Shown in pieces: positions 38,930 to 53,000 of a stretch of 64,000 bases of DNA (the stretch's first letter is position 1; each line of letters begins with the position of its first letter). The translations under genes and the position numbers were made by a program. Source of the DNA: Balanoglossus misakiensis (Eukaryota > Animalia > Hemichordata); NCBI GenBank assembly GCA_040954595.2, contig CM082590.2, forward strand, positions 3,286,001 through 3,350,000, in the 5' to 3' direction. A model generated the notes under the pieces. That model was not told the origin of the DNA. It was given only the letters and a program-made list of their open reading frames with translations, and made no database searches.

Positions 38930-41792
38930 AAAAGCTGTATCTGCTGTGCATGCCAAGTTTTGGAAATGTAGATCAAGGGTCATTGCCAAAATTATCAAAA
39001 TATTTGGGTTATGTCCTGCCAGAGTAGTACTCATGTGAACAGAATCATGACTGTTGTGCTTTTTAACAAGAGACATATCAATGTACAATTAAGTTCTGAA
39101 AGATCTTGATCAAAGGGAAAATGAAAGTTGCAAAAAATTGTATAATTAAGTGTTAAAAAAAGGATCAATGGACATGTGAAAGTTGACAAAAAATTTTAAC
39201 ATTCTGGTCTTATGTTGACTCTATCCATAAAAAGGCTTGGTGTGCTATCATTCAGTAGCCTACAAATAGGAAATTTTAGTTTTTAATCGGAGTTCAGAAA
39301 ATCCAATTAGGCTTCAATAAGGTTTAACCAATCACATTTTACGCGAAAGCGTGATTAAAAAAAGATTTTGGAAATTTTTCATGGGATTTTTCAAAAATCC
39401 ATAATAAATCCAAATTCACATGAACACTAACAATATTATTTTAAAAAATTGGAACGTACAGTAAATTAGAACTTGATTGGCCTTGTAATTTTTGAAAAAA
39501 AATGTCAACTTTTAAAGGTTATCAGAAAATCCAATATGGCCACCATGAAGAAGACAATTAAAAGAACATGCAGCATCACAGGGGCCAAAGCAGTTAGCAT
39601 GGTTCCAACAGAAAGCAAACTCTGTATCTGTTGTGGATTCTTAGAATGGTAGGTAAGCCAGAGGTCACGGAAATTTGTGCCAACAAATTTTGATATCAAA
39701 CTGATAAGTGTCCAACAAGAACCAAACTTCTAAGCTCAATTGGTTAACTTTAAATAGGATTTAAGTAGATCATGGCCAAAATTATCAAAATATTTGGGTT
39801 ATGTCCAGGCAGCAATAGTACTCATGTGTACAAAATCATGACTGTTGTGCTTTTTAACAAGAGACATATCCAAGTAGATCAAGGGTCATGGCCAAAATTA
39901 TCAAAATATTTGGGTTATGTCCTGGCAGCAATAAAACTCATGTGAACAAAATCATGACTGTTGTGCTTTTTAACAAGAGACATATCCAAGTAGATCAATG
40001 GTCATTGCCAAAATTATCAAAATATTTGGGTTATGTCCTGGCAGCAGTAGTACTCTATGAACAAAATCATGACTGTTGAGCTTTTTATCAAGAGCCATAT
40101 CCACATAAAATTAAGTTATGGAATTACTGGGTCAAAGGACATGCGAGAGTTGCCAACAAATTGTTTAATCAAGTTTTGAAAAAACTGGATCAAAGGACAT
40201 GTGAAAGTTGCCAAAAAATGTAACGTATTCTAGTCATATGGCGACTCGTATCCATAAAATTAATTTGTGTGCTTTCAATGAGTAGGCTAGAAATAGGAAA
40301 TCTTAGTTTTTAATCAGTGTTCAGAAAAATCCAATTTGGCTCCAATAAGGTGACACCAATCACAATTCACTTGAAAACTTGATTAGAAAAAGATGTTCTG
40401 TAATTTTTTAATGAGATTTTTAAACAATCCAATTAGGCACCCAAAGTCACATGACCACTAATGATATTTTTGTCAAACTTTCAACCCTACAGTAAACTAG
40501 AATTTGATTTGCCCTGTAGTTTATGAAAATGTCAACTTTTAAAGGTTATTAGAAAATCCAATATGGCCACCATGAAGAAGACAATTAGAGCTACAAGCAG
40601 CATTGGAGTGGCCAAAGCGGTTAGCATGGTTCCAACAGAAAGCAAAGGCTGTATCTGTTGTGGATGCCTAGAAATGGTAAAATATGCCAGAGGTGATGCA
40701 AAATGTGCCAACAAAATTTGATACCAAACTGATCAATGTCCAACAAAAAGCAGACTTCTACGCTTTATTAGTTAACTTTAAATAGCTTATATACATAATT
40801 ATTGTGTTAAAGTTAATACATGTACTTCATTAGGTGTTCCAAGCCTCTAAATTTAAAAGCTGTATCTGCTGTACATGCCAAGTTATGGGAATGTAGATCA
40901 AAAGTTACTGCCAAAATTATCAAAATATTTGGGTTATGTCCTGGCAGCAGTAGTACTCATGTGAACAAAATCACGACTGTTGTGCTTTTTAACAAGAGGC
41001 ATATCAACGTAGAATTAAGTTCTGAAAGATCTGGATCAAAAGACGAATGAAAGTTGCAAAAAAATAGTATAATTAAGTGTTGAAAAAATGGATGAAAGGA
41101 CATGTGAAAGTTGATAAAAATTGTTTAACATATTCTGGACTTATGGTGACTCGTATCCATAAAAAGGATTGGTGTGCTATCATTCAGTAGCCTTGAAATA
41201 GGAAATTTTAGTTTTTAATCGGAGTTCAGACAATCCAATTTGACTTCAATAAGGTTTAACCAATCACAATTCACTTGAAAGCTTGATTAAAAAAGATTTT
41301 GGAAATTTTTCATGAGTTTTTGAAAAAATCCATAATGAATCCAAATTCACATGACCACTATAAATATAATTGAAAAAAAAATGGAACGGCCAGTAAATTA
41401 GAACTTGATTGGCCCTGCAGTTTAGAAAAAAATGTCCACTTTTAGAGATTATCAGAAAATCCAATATGGCCGCCATGAAGAAGACCCAACTATAAGCAGC
41501 ATTGGAGTGACCAAAGTGGTTAGCATGGTTCCAACAGAAAGCAAAGGCTGTATCTGTTATGGATGCTGAGAAATGGTAAGTAAGCCAGAGGTCAGGCAAA
41601 TTTGTGCCAACAAATTTTGACATCAAACTGATAAGTGTCCAACAAGAACCAAACTTCTAAGCTCAATTGGTTAACTTTAAATAGGATAAGTACATAATGA
41701 TTGTGTTAAAAATTAATACTTCATTAGGTGTTCCAGTCCTCTAAATTTGAAAGCCGTATCTGCTGTGCATGGCAAGTTATGGGAAAGAAGAT

Positions 41793-44790
41793 CATGGCCA
41801 AAATTATCAAAATATTTGGGTTATGTCCTGGCAGCAATAGTACTCATGTGTACAAAATCATGACTGTTGTGCTTTTTAACAAGAGACATCTCCAAGTAGA
41901 TCAAGGGTCATGGCCAAAATTATCAAAATATTTGGGTTATGTCCTGGCAACAATAAAACTCATGTGAACAAAATCATGACTGTTGTGCTTTTTAACAAGA
42001 GACATATCCAAGTAGATCAAGGGTCATGGCCGAAATAATCAAAATATTTGGGTTATGTCCTGGCAGCAATAAAATTCATATGAACAAAATCATGACTGTT
42101 GTGCTTTTTAACAAGAGACATATCCAAGTAGATCAAGGGTCATTGCCAAAATTATCCAAATATTTGGGTTATGTCCTGGCAGCAATAAAACTCATGTGAA
42201 CAAAATCATGACTATTGTGCTTTTTAACAAGAGACATATCCAAGTAGATCAAGGGTCATTACCAAGATTATCAAAATATTTGGGTTATGTCCTGGCAGCG
42301 ACAAAACTCATGTGAACAAAATCATGACTGTTGTGCTTTTTAACAAGAGACATATCCAAGTAGATCAAGGGTCATGGCCGAAATAATCAAAATATTTGGG
42401 TTATGTCCTGGCAGCAATAAAATTCATATGAACAAAATCATGACTGTTGTGCTTTTTAACAAGAGACATATCCAAGTAGATCAAGGGTCATTGCCAAAAT
42501 TATCCAAATATTTGGGTTATGTCCTGGCAGCAATAAAACTCATGTGAACAAAATCATGACTATTGTGCTTTTTAACAAGAGACATATCCAAGTAGATCAA
42601 GGGTCATTGCCAAAATGATCAAAATATATGGGTTATGTCCTGGCAGCAATAAAACTCATGTGAACAAAATCATGACTGTTGTGCTTTTTAACAAGAGACA
42701 TATCCAAGTAGATCAAGGGTCATTGCCAAAATTATCAAAATATTTGGGTTATGTCCTGGCAGCAATAAAACTCATGTGAACAAAATCATGACTGTTGTGC
42801 TTTTTAACAAGAGACATATCAAAGTAGATCAAGGGTCATTGCCAAAATTATCAAAATATTTGGGTTATGTCCAGGCACCAATAGTACTCATGTGAACAAA
42901 ATCATGACTGTTGTGCTTTTTAACAAGAGACATATCCAAGTAGATCAAGGGTCATTGCCAAAATTATCAAAATATTTGGGTTATGTCCAGGCAGCAATAG
43001 TACTCATGTGAACAAAATCATGACTGTTGTGCTTTTTAACAAGAGGCATATCCAAGTAGATCAAGGGTCATTGCCAAAATTATCAAAATATTTGGGTTAC
43101 GTCCAGGCAGCAATAGTACTCATGTGAACAAAATCATGACTGTTGTGCTTTTTAACAAGAGACATATCCAAGTAGATCAAGGGTCATTGCCAAAATTATC
43201 AAAATATTTGGGTTATGTCCAGGCAGCAATAGTACTCATGTGAACAAAATCATGACTGTTGTGCTTTTTAACAAGAGACATATCCAAGTAGATCAAGGGT
43301 CATTACCAAGATTATCAAAATATTTGGGTTATGTCCTGGCAGCAATAAAACTCATGTGAACAAAATCATGACTGTTGTGCCTTTTAACAAGAGACATATC
43401 CAAGTAGATCAAGGGTCATTGCCAAAATTATCAAAATATTTGGGTTATGTCCAGGCAGCAATAGTACTCATGTGAACAAAATCATGACTGTTGTGCTTTT
43501 TAACAAGAGACATATCCAAGTAGATCAAGGGTCATTACCAAGATTATCAAAATATTTGTGTTATGTCCTGGCAGCAATAAAACTCATGTGAACAAAATCA
43601 TGACTGTTGTGCCTTTTAACAAGAGACATATCCAAGTAGATCAAGGGTCATTGCCAAAATTATCAAAATATTTGGGTTATGTCCTGGCAGCAATAAAACT
43701 CATGTGAACAAAATCATGACTGTTGTGCTTTTTAACAAGAGACATATCCAAGTAGATCAAGGGTCATTGCCATGATTATCAAAAAATTTGGGTTATGTCC
43801 TGGCAGCAATAAAACTCATGTGAACAAAATCATGACTGTTGTGCTTTTAACAAGAGACATATCCAAGTAGATCAAGGGTCATTGCCAAAATTATCAAAAT
43901 ATTTGGGTTATGTCCAGGCAGCAATAGTACTCATGTGAACAAAATCATGACTGTTGTGCTTTTTAACAAGAGACATATCCAAGTAGATCAAGGGTCATTA
44001 CCAAGATTATCAAAATATTTGGATTATGTCCTGGCAGCAATAAAACTCATGTGAACAAAATCATGACTGTTGTGCCTTTTAACAAGAGACATATCCAAGT
44101 AGATCAAGGGTCATTGCCAAAATTATCAAAATATTTGGGTAATGTCCTGGCAGCAATAAAACTCATGTGAACAAAATCATGACTGTTGTGCTTTTTAACA
44201 AGAGACATATCCAAGTAGATCAAGGGTCATTGCCAAGATTATCAAAATATTTGGGTTATGTCCTGGCAGCAATAAAACTCATGTGAACAAAATCATGACT
44301 GTTGTGCTTTTTAACAAGAGACATATCCAAGTAGATCAAGGGTCATTGCCAAAATTATCAAAATATTTGGGTTATGTCCTGGCAGCGACAAAACTCATGT
44401 GAACAAAATCATGACTGTTGTGCTTTTTAACAAGAGACATATCCAAGTAGATCAAGGGTCATGGCCAAAATTATTAAAATATTTGGGTTATGTCCTGGCA
44501 ACAATAAAACTCATGTGAACAAAATCATGACTGTTGTGCTTTTTAACAAGAGACATATCCAAGGGATCAAGGGTCATTACCAAGATTATCAAAATATTTG
44601 GGTTATGTCCTGGCAGCAATAAAACTCATGTGAACAAAATCATGACTGTTGTGCTTTTTAACAAGAGACATATCCAAGTAGATCAAGGGTCATTGCCAAA
44701 ATTATCAAAATATTTGGGTTATGTCCTGGCAGCAGTAGTACTCTTTGAACAAAATCATGACTGTTGAGCTTTTTATCAAGAGCCATATCC
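41793..44790 (+). repeat. Largest 116 bp sub-array (about 26 copies)
   Basis: CATGACTGTT at 42671, 42787 and 42903. Other sub-arrays: 39772-40105 (3), 46906-47470 (5), 49162-50190 (9), 50977-51660 (6), 52442-53948 (13). Confidence 0.97.
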
Positions 44791-45318
44791 ACATAAAATT
44801 AAGTTATGGAATTACTGGATCAAAGGACATGCGAGAGTCGCCAACAAATTGTTTAATCAAATACTGAAAAAAAACTGGATCAAAGAACATATGAAAGTTG
44901 TCAAAAAATGTAACATATTCTAGTCATATGGTGACTCGTATCCACAGAAAGAATTTGTGTGCTTTCAATGAGTAGGATAAAAAAAGGAATTTTAGCTTTT
45001 AATCGGAGTTCAGAAAATCCAATTTGGCTCTGATAAGGTTAAACCAATCACAATTCACTTGAAAACTTGATTAGAAAAAGATTTTCGTAATTTTTGAATG
45101 AGATTTTTAAAAAATCCAATAAGGCACCAAAAGTCACATGACCACTAATGATATTTTATCAAACTTTCAACCGCACAGTAAATTAGAACTTGATTGGCCC
45201 TGTAGTTTATGAAAATGTCAACCTTTAAAGCTTATTAGAAAATCCAATATGGCCGCCATGAAGAAGACAATTACAACTAAAAGTAGCATTGGAGGGACCA
45301 AGGTTCCAACAGAAAGCA

Positions 45319-45676
45319 GACCCCATCAAAATTCCAATTAACAAAATCAGGTAGGGGCACCATACCACACATTCCTACCAATTTTCAGCTCCATCGTACA
45401 TGTAGTTAGGGAGAAGAAGATTTTTTTACCAAAAATTTTATTTTTAGATCTAATTTGCATATTCATGACCCGATCAAATCCAAATTAACAAAATCAGGTA
45501 AGGGCACCATAACACACATTCCAACCAAATTTCAGCTAAATATGCCAAGTAGTTTTATAGAAGAAGATTGAAATACCAAAAGTTGACGGACGACGGATGA
45601 CGGACGACAGACGACGGACAGACATTTATCAACCTACTGCTATAGCTCGGCTGACACAAGTGACAGCAGAGCTAAT
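45319..45676 (+). mobile_element. Deleted duplicate of the HINE (3' part only)
   Basis: Near identical to about 38597-38929 at +6747, with the same right junction GAGCTAAT|AAAAGCTG. The left side is lost by deletion. Confidence 0.85.
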
Positions 45677-46436
45677 AAAAGCTGTATCTGCTGTGCATGC
45701 CAAGTTTTGGAAATGTAGATCAAGGGTCATTGCCAAAATTATCAAAATATTTGGGTTATGTCCTGCCAGAGTAGTACTCATGTGAACAAAATCATGACTG
45801 TTGTGCTTTTTAACAAGAGACATATCAATGTACAATTAAGTTCTGAAAGATCTTGATCAAAGGGAAAATGAAAGTTGCAAAAAATTGTATAATTAAGTGT
45901 TAAAAAAAGGATCAATGGACATGTGAAAGTTGACAAATTTTTTTAACATTCTTGTCTTATGTTGACTCTATCCATAAAAAGGCTTGGTGTGCTATCATTC
46001 AGTAGCCTACAAATAGGAAATTTTAGTTTTTAATCGGAGTTCAGAAAATCCAATTAGGCTTCAATAAGGTTTAACCAATCACAATTTACGCGAAAGCTTG
46101 ATTAAAAAAAGATTTTGGAAATTTTTCATGGTATTTTTCAAAAATCCATAATAAATCCAAATTCACATGAACACTAACAATATTATTTTAAAAAATTGGA
46201 ACGTACAGTAAATTAGAACTTGATTGGCCTTGTAATTTTTGAAAAAAAATGTCAACTTTTAAAGGTTATCAGAAAATCCAATATGGCCACCATGAAGAAG
46301 ACAATTAAAAGAACATGCAGCATCACAGGGGCCAAAGCAGTTAGCATGGTTCCAACAGAAAGCAAACTCTGTATCTGTTGTGGATTCATAGAATGGTAGG
46401 TAAGCCAGAGGTCACGCAAATTTGTGCCAACAAATT

Positions 46437-47020
46437 TTGATATCAAACTGATAAGTGTCCAACAAGAACCAAACTTCTAAGCTCAATTGGTTAACTTTAA
46501 ATAGGATAAGTACATAATGATTGTGTTAAAGATTAATACTTCATTAGGTGTTCCAGTCCTCTATATTTGAAAGCCATATCTGCTGTGCATGTCAAATTAT
46601 GGGAAAGTAGATCATGGCCAAAATTATCAAAATATTTGGGTTATGTCCAGGCAGCAATAGTACTCATGTGTACAAAATCATGACTGTTGTGCTTTTTAAC
46701 AAGAGACATATGCAAGTAGATCAAGGGTTTGATATCAAACTGATAAGTGTCCAACAAGAACCAAACTTCTAAGCTCAATTGGTTAACTTTAAATAGGATA
46801 AGTACATAATGATTGTGTTAAAGATTAATACTTCATTAGGTGTTCCAGTCCTCTATATTTGAAAGCCATATCTGCTGTGCATGTCAAATTATGGGAAAGT
46901 AGATCATGGCCAAAATTATCAAAATATTTGGGTTATGTCCAGGCAGCAATAGTACTCATGTGTACAAAATCATGACTGTTGTGCTTTTTAACAAGAGACA
47001 TATGCAAGTAGATCAAGGGT
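46437..47020 (+). repeat. 292 bp tandem duplication inside a macrosatellite unit
   Basis: TTGATATCAAACTGATAAG at 46437 and 46729. Both copies share the private variants CTATATTTG and TATGCAAG. Confidence 0.9.
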
Positions 47021-50000
47021 CATGGCCAAAATTATCAAAATATTTGGGTTATGTCCTGGCAGCAATAAAACTCATGTGAACAAAATCATGACTGTTGTGC
47101 TTTTTAACAAGAGACATATCCAAGTAGATCAAGGGTCATGGCCAAAATTATCAAAATATTTGGGTTATGTCCTGGCAGCAATAAAACTCATGTGAACAAA
47201 ATCATGACTGTTGTGCTTTTTAACAAGAGACATATCCAAGTAGATCAAGGGTCATTGCCAAAATTATCAAAATATTTGGGTTATGTCCTGGCAACAATAA
47301 AACTCATGTGAACAAAATCATGACTGTTGTGCTTTTTAACAAGAGACATATCCAAGTAGATCAAGGGTCATTGCCAAAATTATCAAAATATTTGGGTTAT
47401 GTCCTGGCAGCAGTAGTACTCTTTGAACAAAATCATGACTGTTTAGCTTTTTATCAAGAGCCATATCCACATAAAATTTAGTTATGGAATTACTGGGTCA
47501 AAGGACATGCGAGAGTTGCCAACAAATTGTTTAATCAAGTTTTGAAAAAACTGGATCAAAGGACATGTGAAAGTTGCCAAAAAATGTAACGTATTCTAGT
47601 CATATGGCGACTCGTATCCATAAAATTAATTTGTGTGCTTTCAATGAGTAGGCTAGAAATAGAAAATCTTAGTTTTTAATCAGTGTTTAGAAAAATCCAA
47701 TTTGGCTCCAATAAGGTGACACCAATCACAATTCACTTGAAAACTTGATTAGAAAAAGATGTTCTGTAATTTTTTAATGAGATTTTTAAACAATCCAATT
47801 AGGCACCCAAAGTCACTTGACCACTAATGATATTTTTGTCAAACTTTCAACCCTACAGTAAACTAGAATTTGATTGGCCCTGTAGTTTATGAAAATGTCA
47901 ACTTTTAAAGGTTATTAGAAATTCCAATATGGCCACCATGAAGAAGACAATTAGAGCTACAAGCAGCATTGGAGTGGCCAAAGCGGTTAGCATGGTTCCA
48001 ACAGAAAGCAAATGCTGCATCTGTTGTGGATGCCTAGAAATGGTAAAGTATGCCAGAGGTGATGCAAAATGTGCCAACAAAATTTGATACCAAACTGATC
48101 AGTGTCCAACAAAAAGCAGACTTCTACGCTTTATTGGTTAACTTTAAATAGCTTATATACATAATTATTGTGTTAAAGTTAATACATGTACTTTATTAGG
48201 TGTTCCAGTCCTCTAAATTTAAAAGCTGTATCTGCTGTGCATGCCAAGTTATGGGAATGTAGATCAAAAGTTACTGCCAAAATTATCAAAATATTTGGGT
48301 TATGTCCGGGCAGCAGTAGTACTCATGTGAACAAAATCACGACTCTTGTGCTTTTTAACAAGAGGCATATCAACGTAGAATTAAGTTCTGAAAGATCTGG
48401 ATCAAAAGACGAATGACAGTTGCAAAAAAATTGTATAATTAAGTGTTGAAAAAATGGATGAAAGGACATGTGAAAGTTGATAAAAATTGTTTAACATATT
48501 CTGGTCTTATGGTGACTCGTATCCATAAAAAGGATTGGTGTGCTATCATTCAGTAGCCTTGAAATAGGAAATTTTAGTTTTTAATCGGAGTTCAGACAAT
48601 CCAATTTGGCTTCAATAAGGTTTAACCAATCACAATTCACTTGAAAGCTTGATTAAAAAAGATTTTGGAAATTTTTCATGAGTTTTTGAAAAAATCCATA
48701 ATGAATCCAAATTCACATGACCACTATTAATATAATTGAAAAAAAAAATTGGAACGGCCAGTAAATTAGAACTTGATTGGCCCTGCAGTTTAGAAAAAAA
48801 TGTCAACTTTTAGAGATTATCAGAAAATCCAATATGGCCGCCATGAAGAAGACCCAACTATAAGCAGCATTGGAGTGACCAAAGTGGTTTGCATGGTTCC
48901 AACAGAAAGCAAAGGCTGTATATGTTATGGATGCTGAGAAATGGTAAGTAAGCCAGAGGTCACGCAAATTTGTGCCAACAAATTTTGATATCAAACTGAT
49001 AAGTGTCCAACAAGAACCAAACTTCTTAGCTCAATTGGTTAACTTTAAATAGGATAAGTACATAACGATTGTGTTAAAGATTAATACTTCATTAGGTGTT
49101 CCAGTCCTCTAAATTTGAAAGCCGTATCTGCTGTGCATGGCAAGTTATGGGAAAGTAGATCATGGCCAAAATTATCAAAATATTTGGGTTATGTCCAGGC
49201 AGCAATAGTACTCATGTGTACAAAATCATGACTGTTGTGCTTTTTAACAAGAGACATATCCAAGTAGATCAAGGGTCATTGCCAAAATTATCAAAATATT
49301 TGGGTTATGTCCTGGCAACAATAAAACTCATGTGAACAAAATCATGACTGTTGTGCTTTTTAACAAGAGACATATCCAAGTAGATCAAGGGTCATTGCCA
49401 AAATGATCAAAATATATGGGTTGTGTCCTGGCAGCAATAAAACTCATGTAAACAAAATCATGACTGTTGTGCTTTTTAACAAGAGACATATCCAAGTAGA
49501 TCAAGGGTCATTGCCAAAATTATCAAAATATTTGGGTTATGTCCTGGCAGCAATAAAACTCATGTGAACAAAATCATGACTGTTGTGCTTTTTAACAAGA
49601 GACATATCCAAGTAGATCAAGGGTAGTTGCCAAAATTATCAAAATATTTGGGTTATGTCCAGGCAGCAATAGTACTCATGTGAACAAAATCATGACTGTT
49701 GTGCTTTTTAACAAGAGACATATCCAAGTAGATCAAGGGTCATTGCCAAAATTATCAAAATATTTGGGTTATGTCCAGGCAGCAATAGTACTCATGTGAA
49801 CAAAATCATGACTGTTGTGCTTTTTAACAAGAGGCATATCCAAGTAGATCAAGGGTCATTGCCAAAATTATCAAAATATTTGGGTTATGTCCTGGCAGCA
49901 GTAGTACTCATATGAACAAAATCACGACTGTTGTGCTTTTTAACAAGAGGCATATCCAAGTAGATCAAGGGTCATTGCCAAAATTATCAAAATATTTGGG

Positions 50001-53000
50001 TTATGTCCAGGCAGCAATAGTACTCATGTGAACAAAATCATGACTGTTGTGCTTTTTAACAAGAGACATATCCAAGTAGATCAAGGGTCATTGCCAAAAT
50101 TATCAAAATATTTGGGTTATGTCCTGGCAGCAGTAGTACTCATGTAAACAAAATCACGACTGTTGTGCTTTTTAACAAGAGGCATATCAACGTAGAATTA
50201 AGTTCTGAAAGATCTGGATCAAAAGACGAATGAAAGTTGCAAAAAAATTGTATAATTAAGTGTTGAAAAAATGGATGAAAGGACATGTGAAAGTTGATAA
50301 AAATTGTTTAACATATTTTGGTCTTATGGTGACTCGTATCCATAAAAAGGATTGGTGTGCTATCATTCAGTAGCCTTGAAATAGGAAATTTTAGTTTTTA
50401 ATCGGAGTTCAGACAATCCAATTTGGCTTCAATAAGGTTTAACCAATCACAATTCACTTGAAAGCTTGATTAAAAAAGATTTTGGAAATCTTCATGAGTT
50501 TTTGAAAAAATCCATAATAAATCCAAATTCACATGACCACTATTAATATAATTGAAAAAAAATTGGAACGGCCAGTAAATTAGAACTTGATTGGCCCTGC
50601 AGTTTAGAAAAAAATGTCAACTTTTAGAGATTATCAGAAAATCCAATATGGCCCCCATGAAGAAGACCCAACTATAAGCAGCATTGTAGTGACCAAAGTG
50701 GTTAGCATGGTTCCAACAGAAAGCAAAGGCTGTATCTGTTATGGATGCTGAGAAATGGTAAGTAAGCCAGAGGTCACGCAAATTTGTGCCAACAAATTTT
50801 GACATCAAACTGATAAGTGTCCAACAAGAACCAAACTTCAAAGCTCAATTGGTTAACTTTAAATAGGATAAGTACATAACGATTGTGTTAAAGATTAATA
50901 CTTCATTAGGTGTTCCAGTCCTCTAAATTTGAAAGCCGTATCTGCTGTGCATGGCAAGTTATGGGAAAGTAGATCATGGCCAAAATTATCAAAATATTTG
51001 GGTTATGTCCAGGCAGCAATAGTACTCATGTGTACAATATCATGACTGTTGTGCTTTTTAACAAGAGACATATCCAAGTAGATCAAGGGTCATGGCCAAA
51101 ATTATCAAAATATTTGGGTTATGTCCTGGCAGCAATATAACTCATGTGAACAAAATCATGACTGTTGTGCTTTTTAACAAGAGACATATCCAAGTAGATC
51201 AAGGGTCATTGCCAAAATTATCAAAATATTTTGGTTATGTCCTGGCAGCAATAAAACTCATGTGAACACAATAATGACTGTTGTGCTTTTTAACAAGAGA
51301 CATATCCAAGTAGATCAAGGGTCATTGCCAAAATTATCAAAATATTTGGGTTATGTCCTGGCAGCAATAAAACTCGTGTGAACACAATCATGACTGTTGT
51401 GCTTTTTAACAAGAGACATATCCAAGTAGATCAAGGGTCATTGCCAAAATTATCAAAATATTTTGGTTATGTCCTGGCAGCAATAGTACTCATGTGAACA
51501 AAATCATGACTGTTGTGCTTTTTAACAAGAGACATATCCAAGTAGATCAAGGGTCATTGCCAAAATTATCAAAATATTTGGGTTATGTCCTGGCAGCAGT
51601 AGTACTCATGTAAACAAAATCACGACTGTTGTGCTTTTTAACAAGAGGCATATCAACGTAGAATTAAGTTCTGAAAGATCTGGATCTAAAGACGAATGAA
51701 AGTTGCAAAAAAATTGTATAATTAAGTGTTGAAAAAATGGATGAAAGGACATGTGAAAGTTGATAAAAATTGTTTAACATATTTTGGTCTTATGGTGACT
51801 CGTATCCATAAAAAGGATTGGTGTGCTATCATTCAGTAGCCTTGAAATAGGAAATTTTAGTTTTTAATCGGAGTTCAGACAATCCAATTTGGCTTCAATA
51901 AGGTTTAACCAATCACAATTCACTTGAAAGCTTGATTAAAAAAGATTTTGGAAATCTTCATGAGTTTTTGAAAAAATCCATAATAAATCCAAATTCACAT
52001 GACCACTATTAATATAATTGAAAAAAAATTGGAACGGCCAGTAAATTAGAACTTGATTGGCCCTGCAGTTTAGAAAAAAATGTCAACTTTTAGAGATTAT
52101 CAGAAAATCCAATATGGCCGCCATGAAGAAGACCCAACTATAAGCAGCATTGGAGTGACCAAAGTGGTTAGCATGGTTCCAACAGAATGCAAAGGCTGTA
52201 TCTGTTATGGATGCTGAGAAATGGTAAGTAAGCCAGAGGTCACGCAAATTTGTGCCAACAAATTTTGACATCAAACTGATAAGTGTCCAACAAGAACCAA
52301 ACTTCTAAGCTCAATTGGTTAACTTTAAATAGGATAAGTACATAACGATTGTGTTAAAGATTAATACTTCATTAGGTGTTCCAGTCCTCTAAATTTGAAA
52401 GCCGTATCTGCTGTGCATGGCAAGTTATGGGAAAGTAGATCATGGCCAAAATTATCAAAATATTTGGGTTATGTCCAGGCAGCAATAGTACTCATGTGTA
52501 CAATATCATGACTGTTGTGCTTTTTAACAAGAGACATATCCAAGTAGATCAAGGGTCATGGCCAAAATTATCAAAATATTTGGGTTATGTCCTGGCAGCA
52601 ATATAACTCATGTGAACAAAATCATGACTGTTGTGCTTTTTAACAAGAGAACTATCCAAGTAGATCAAGGGTCATTGCCAAAATTATCAAAATATTTTGG
52701 TTATGTCCTGGCAGCAATAAAACTCATGTGAACACAATAATGACTGTTGTGCTTTTTAACAAGAGACATATCCAAGTAGATCAAGGGTCATTGCCAAAAT
52801 TATCAAAATATTTGGGTTATGTCCTGGCAGCAATAAAACTCGTGTGAACACAATCATGACTGTTGTGCTTTTTAACAAGAGACATATCCAAGTAGATCAA
52901 GGGTCATTGCCAAAATTATCAAAATATTTGGGTTATGTCCTGGCAGCAATAAAACTCATGTGAACACAATCATGACTGTTGTGCTTTTTAACAAGAGGCA

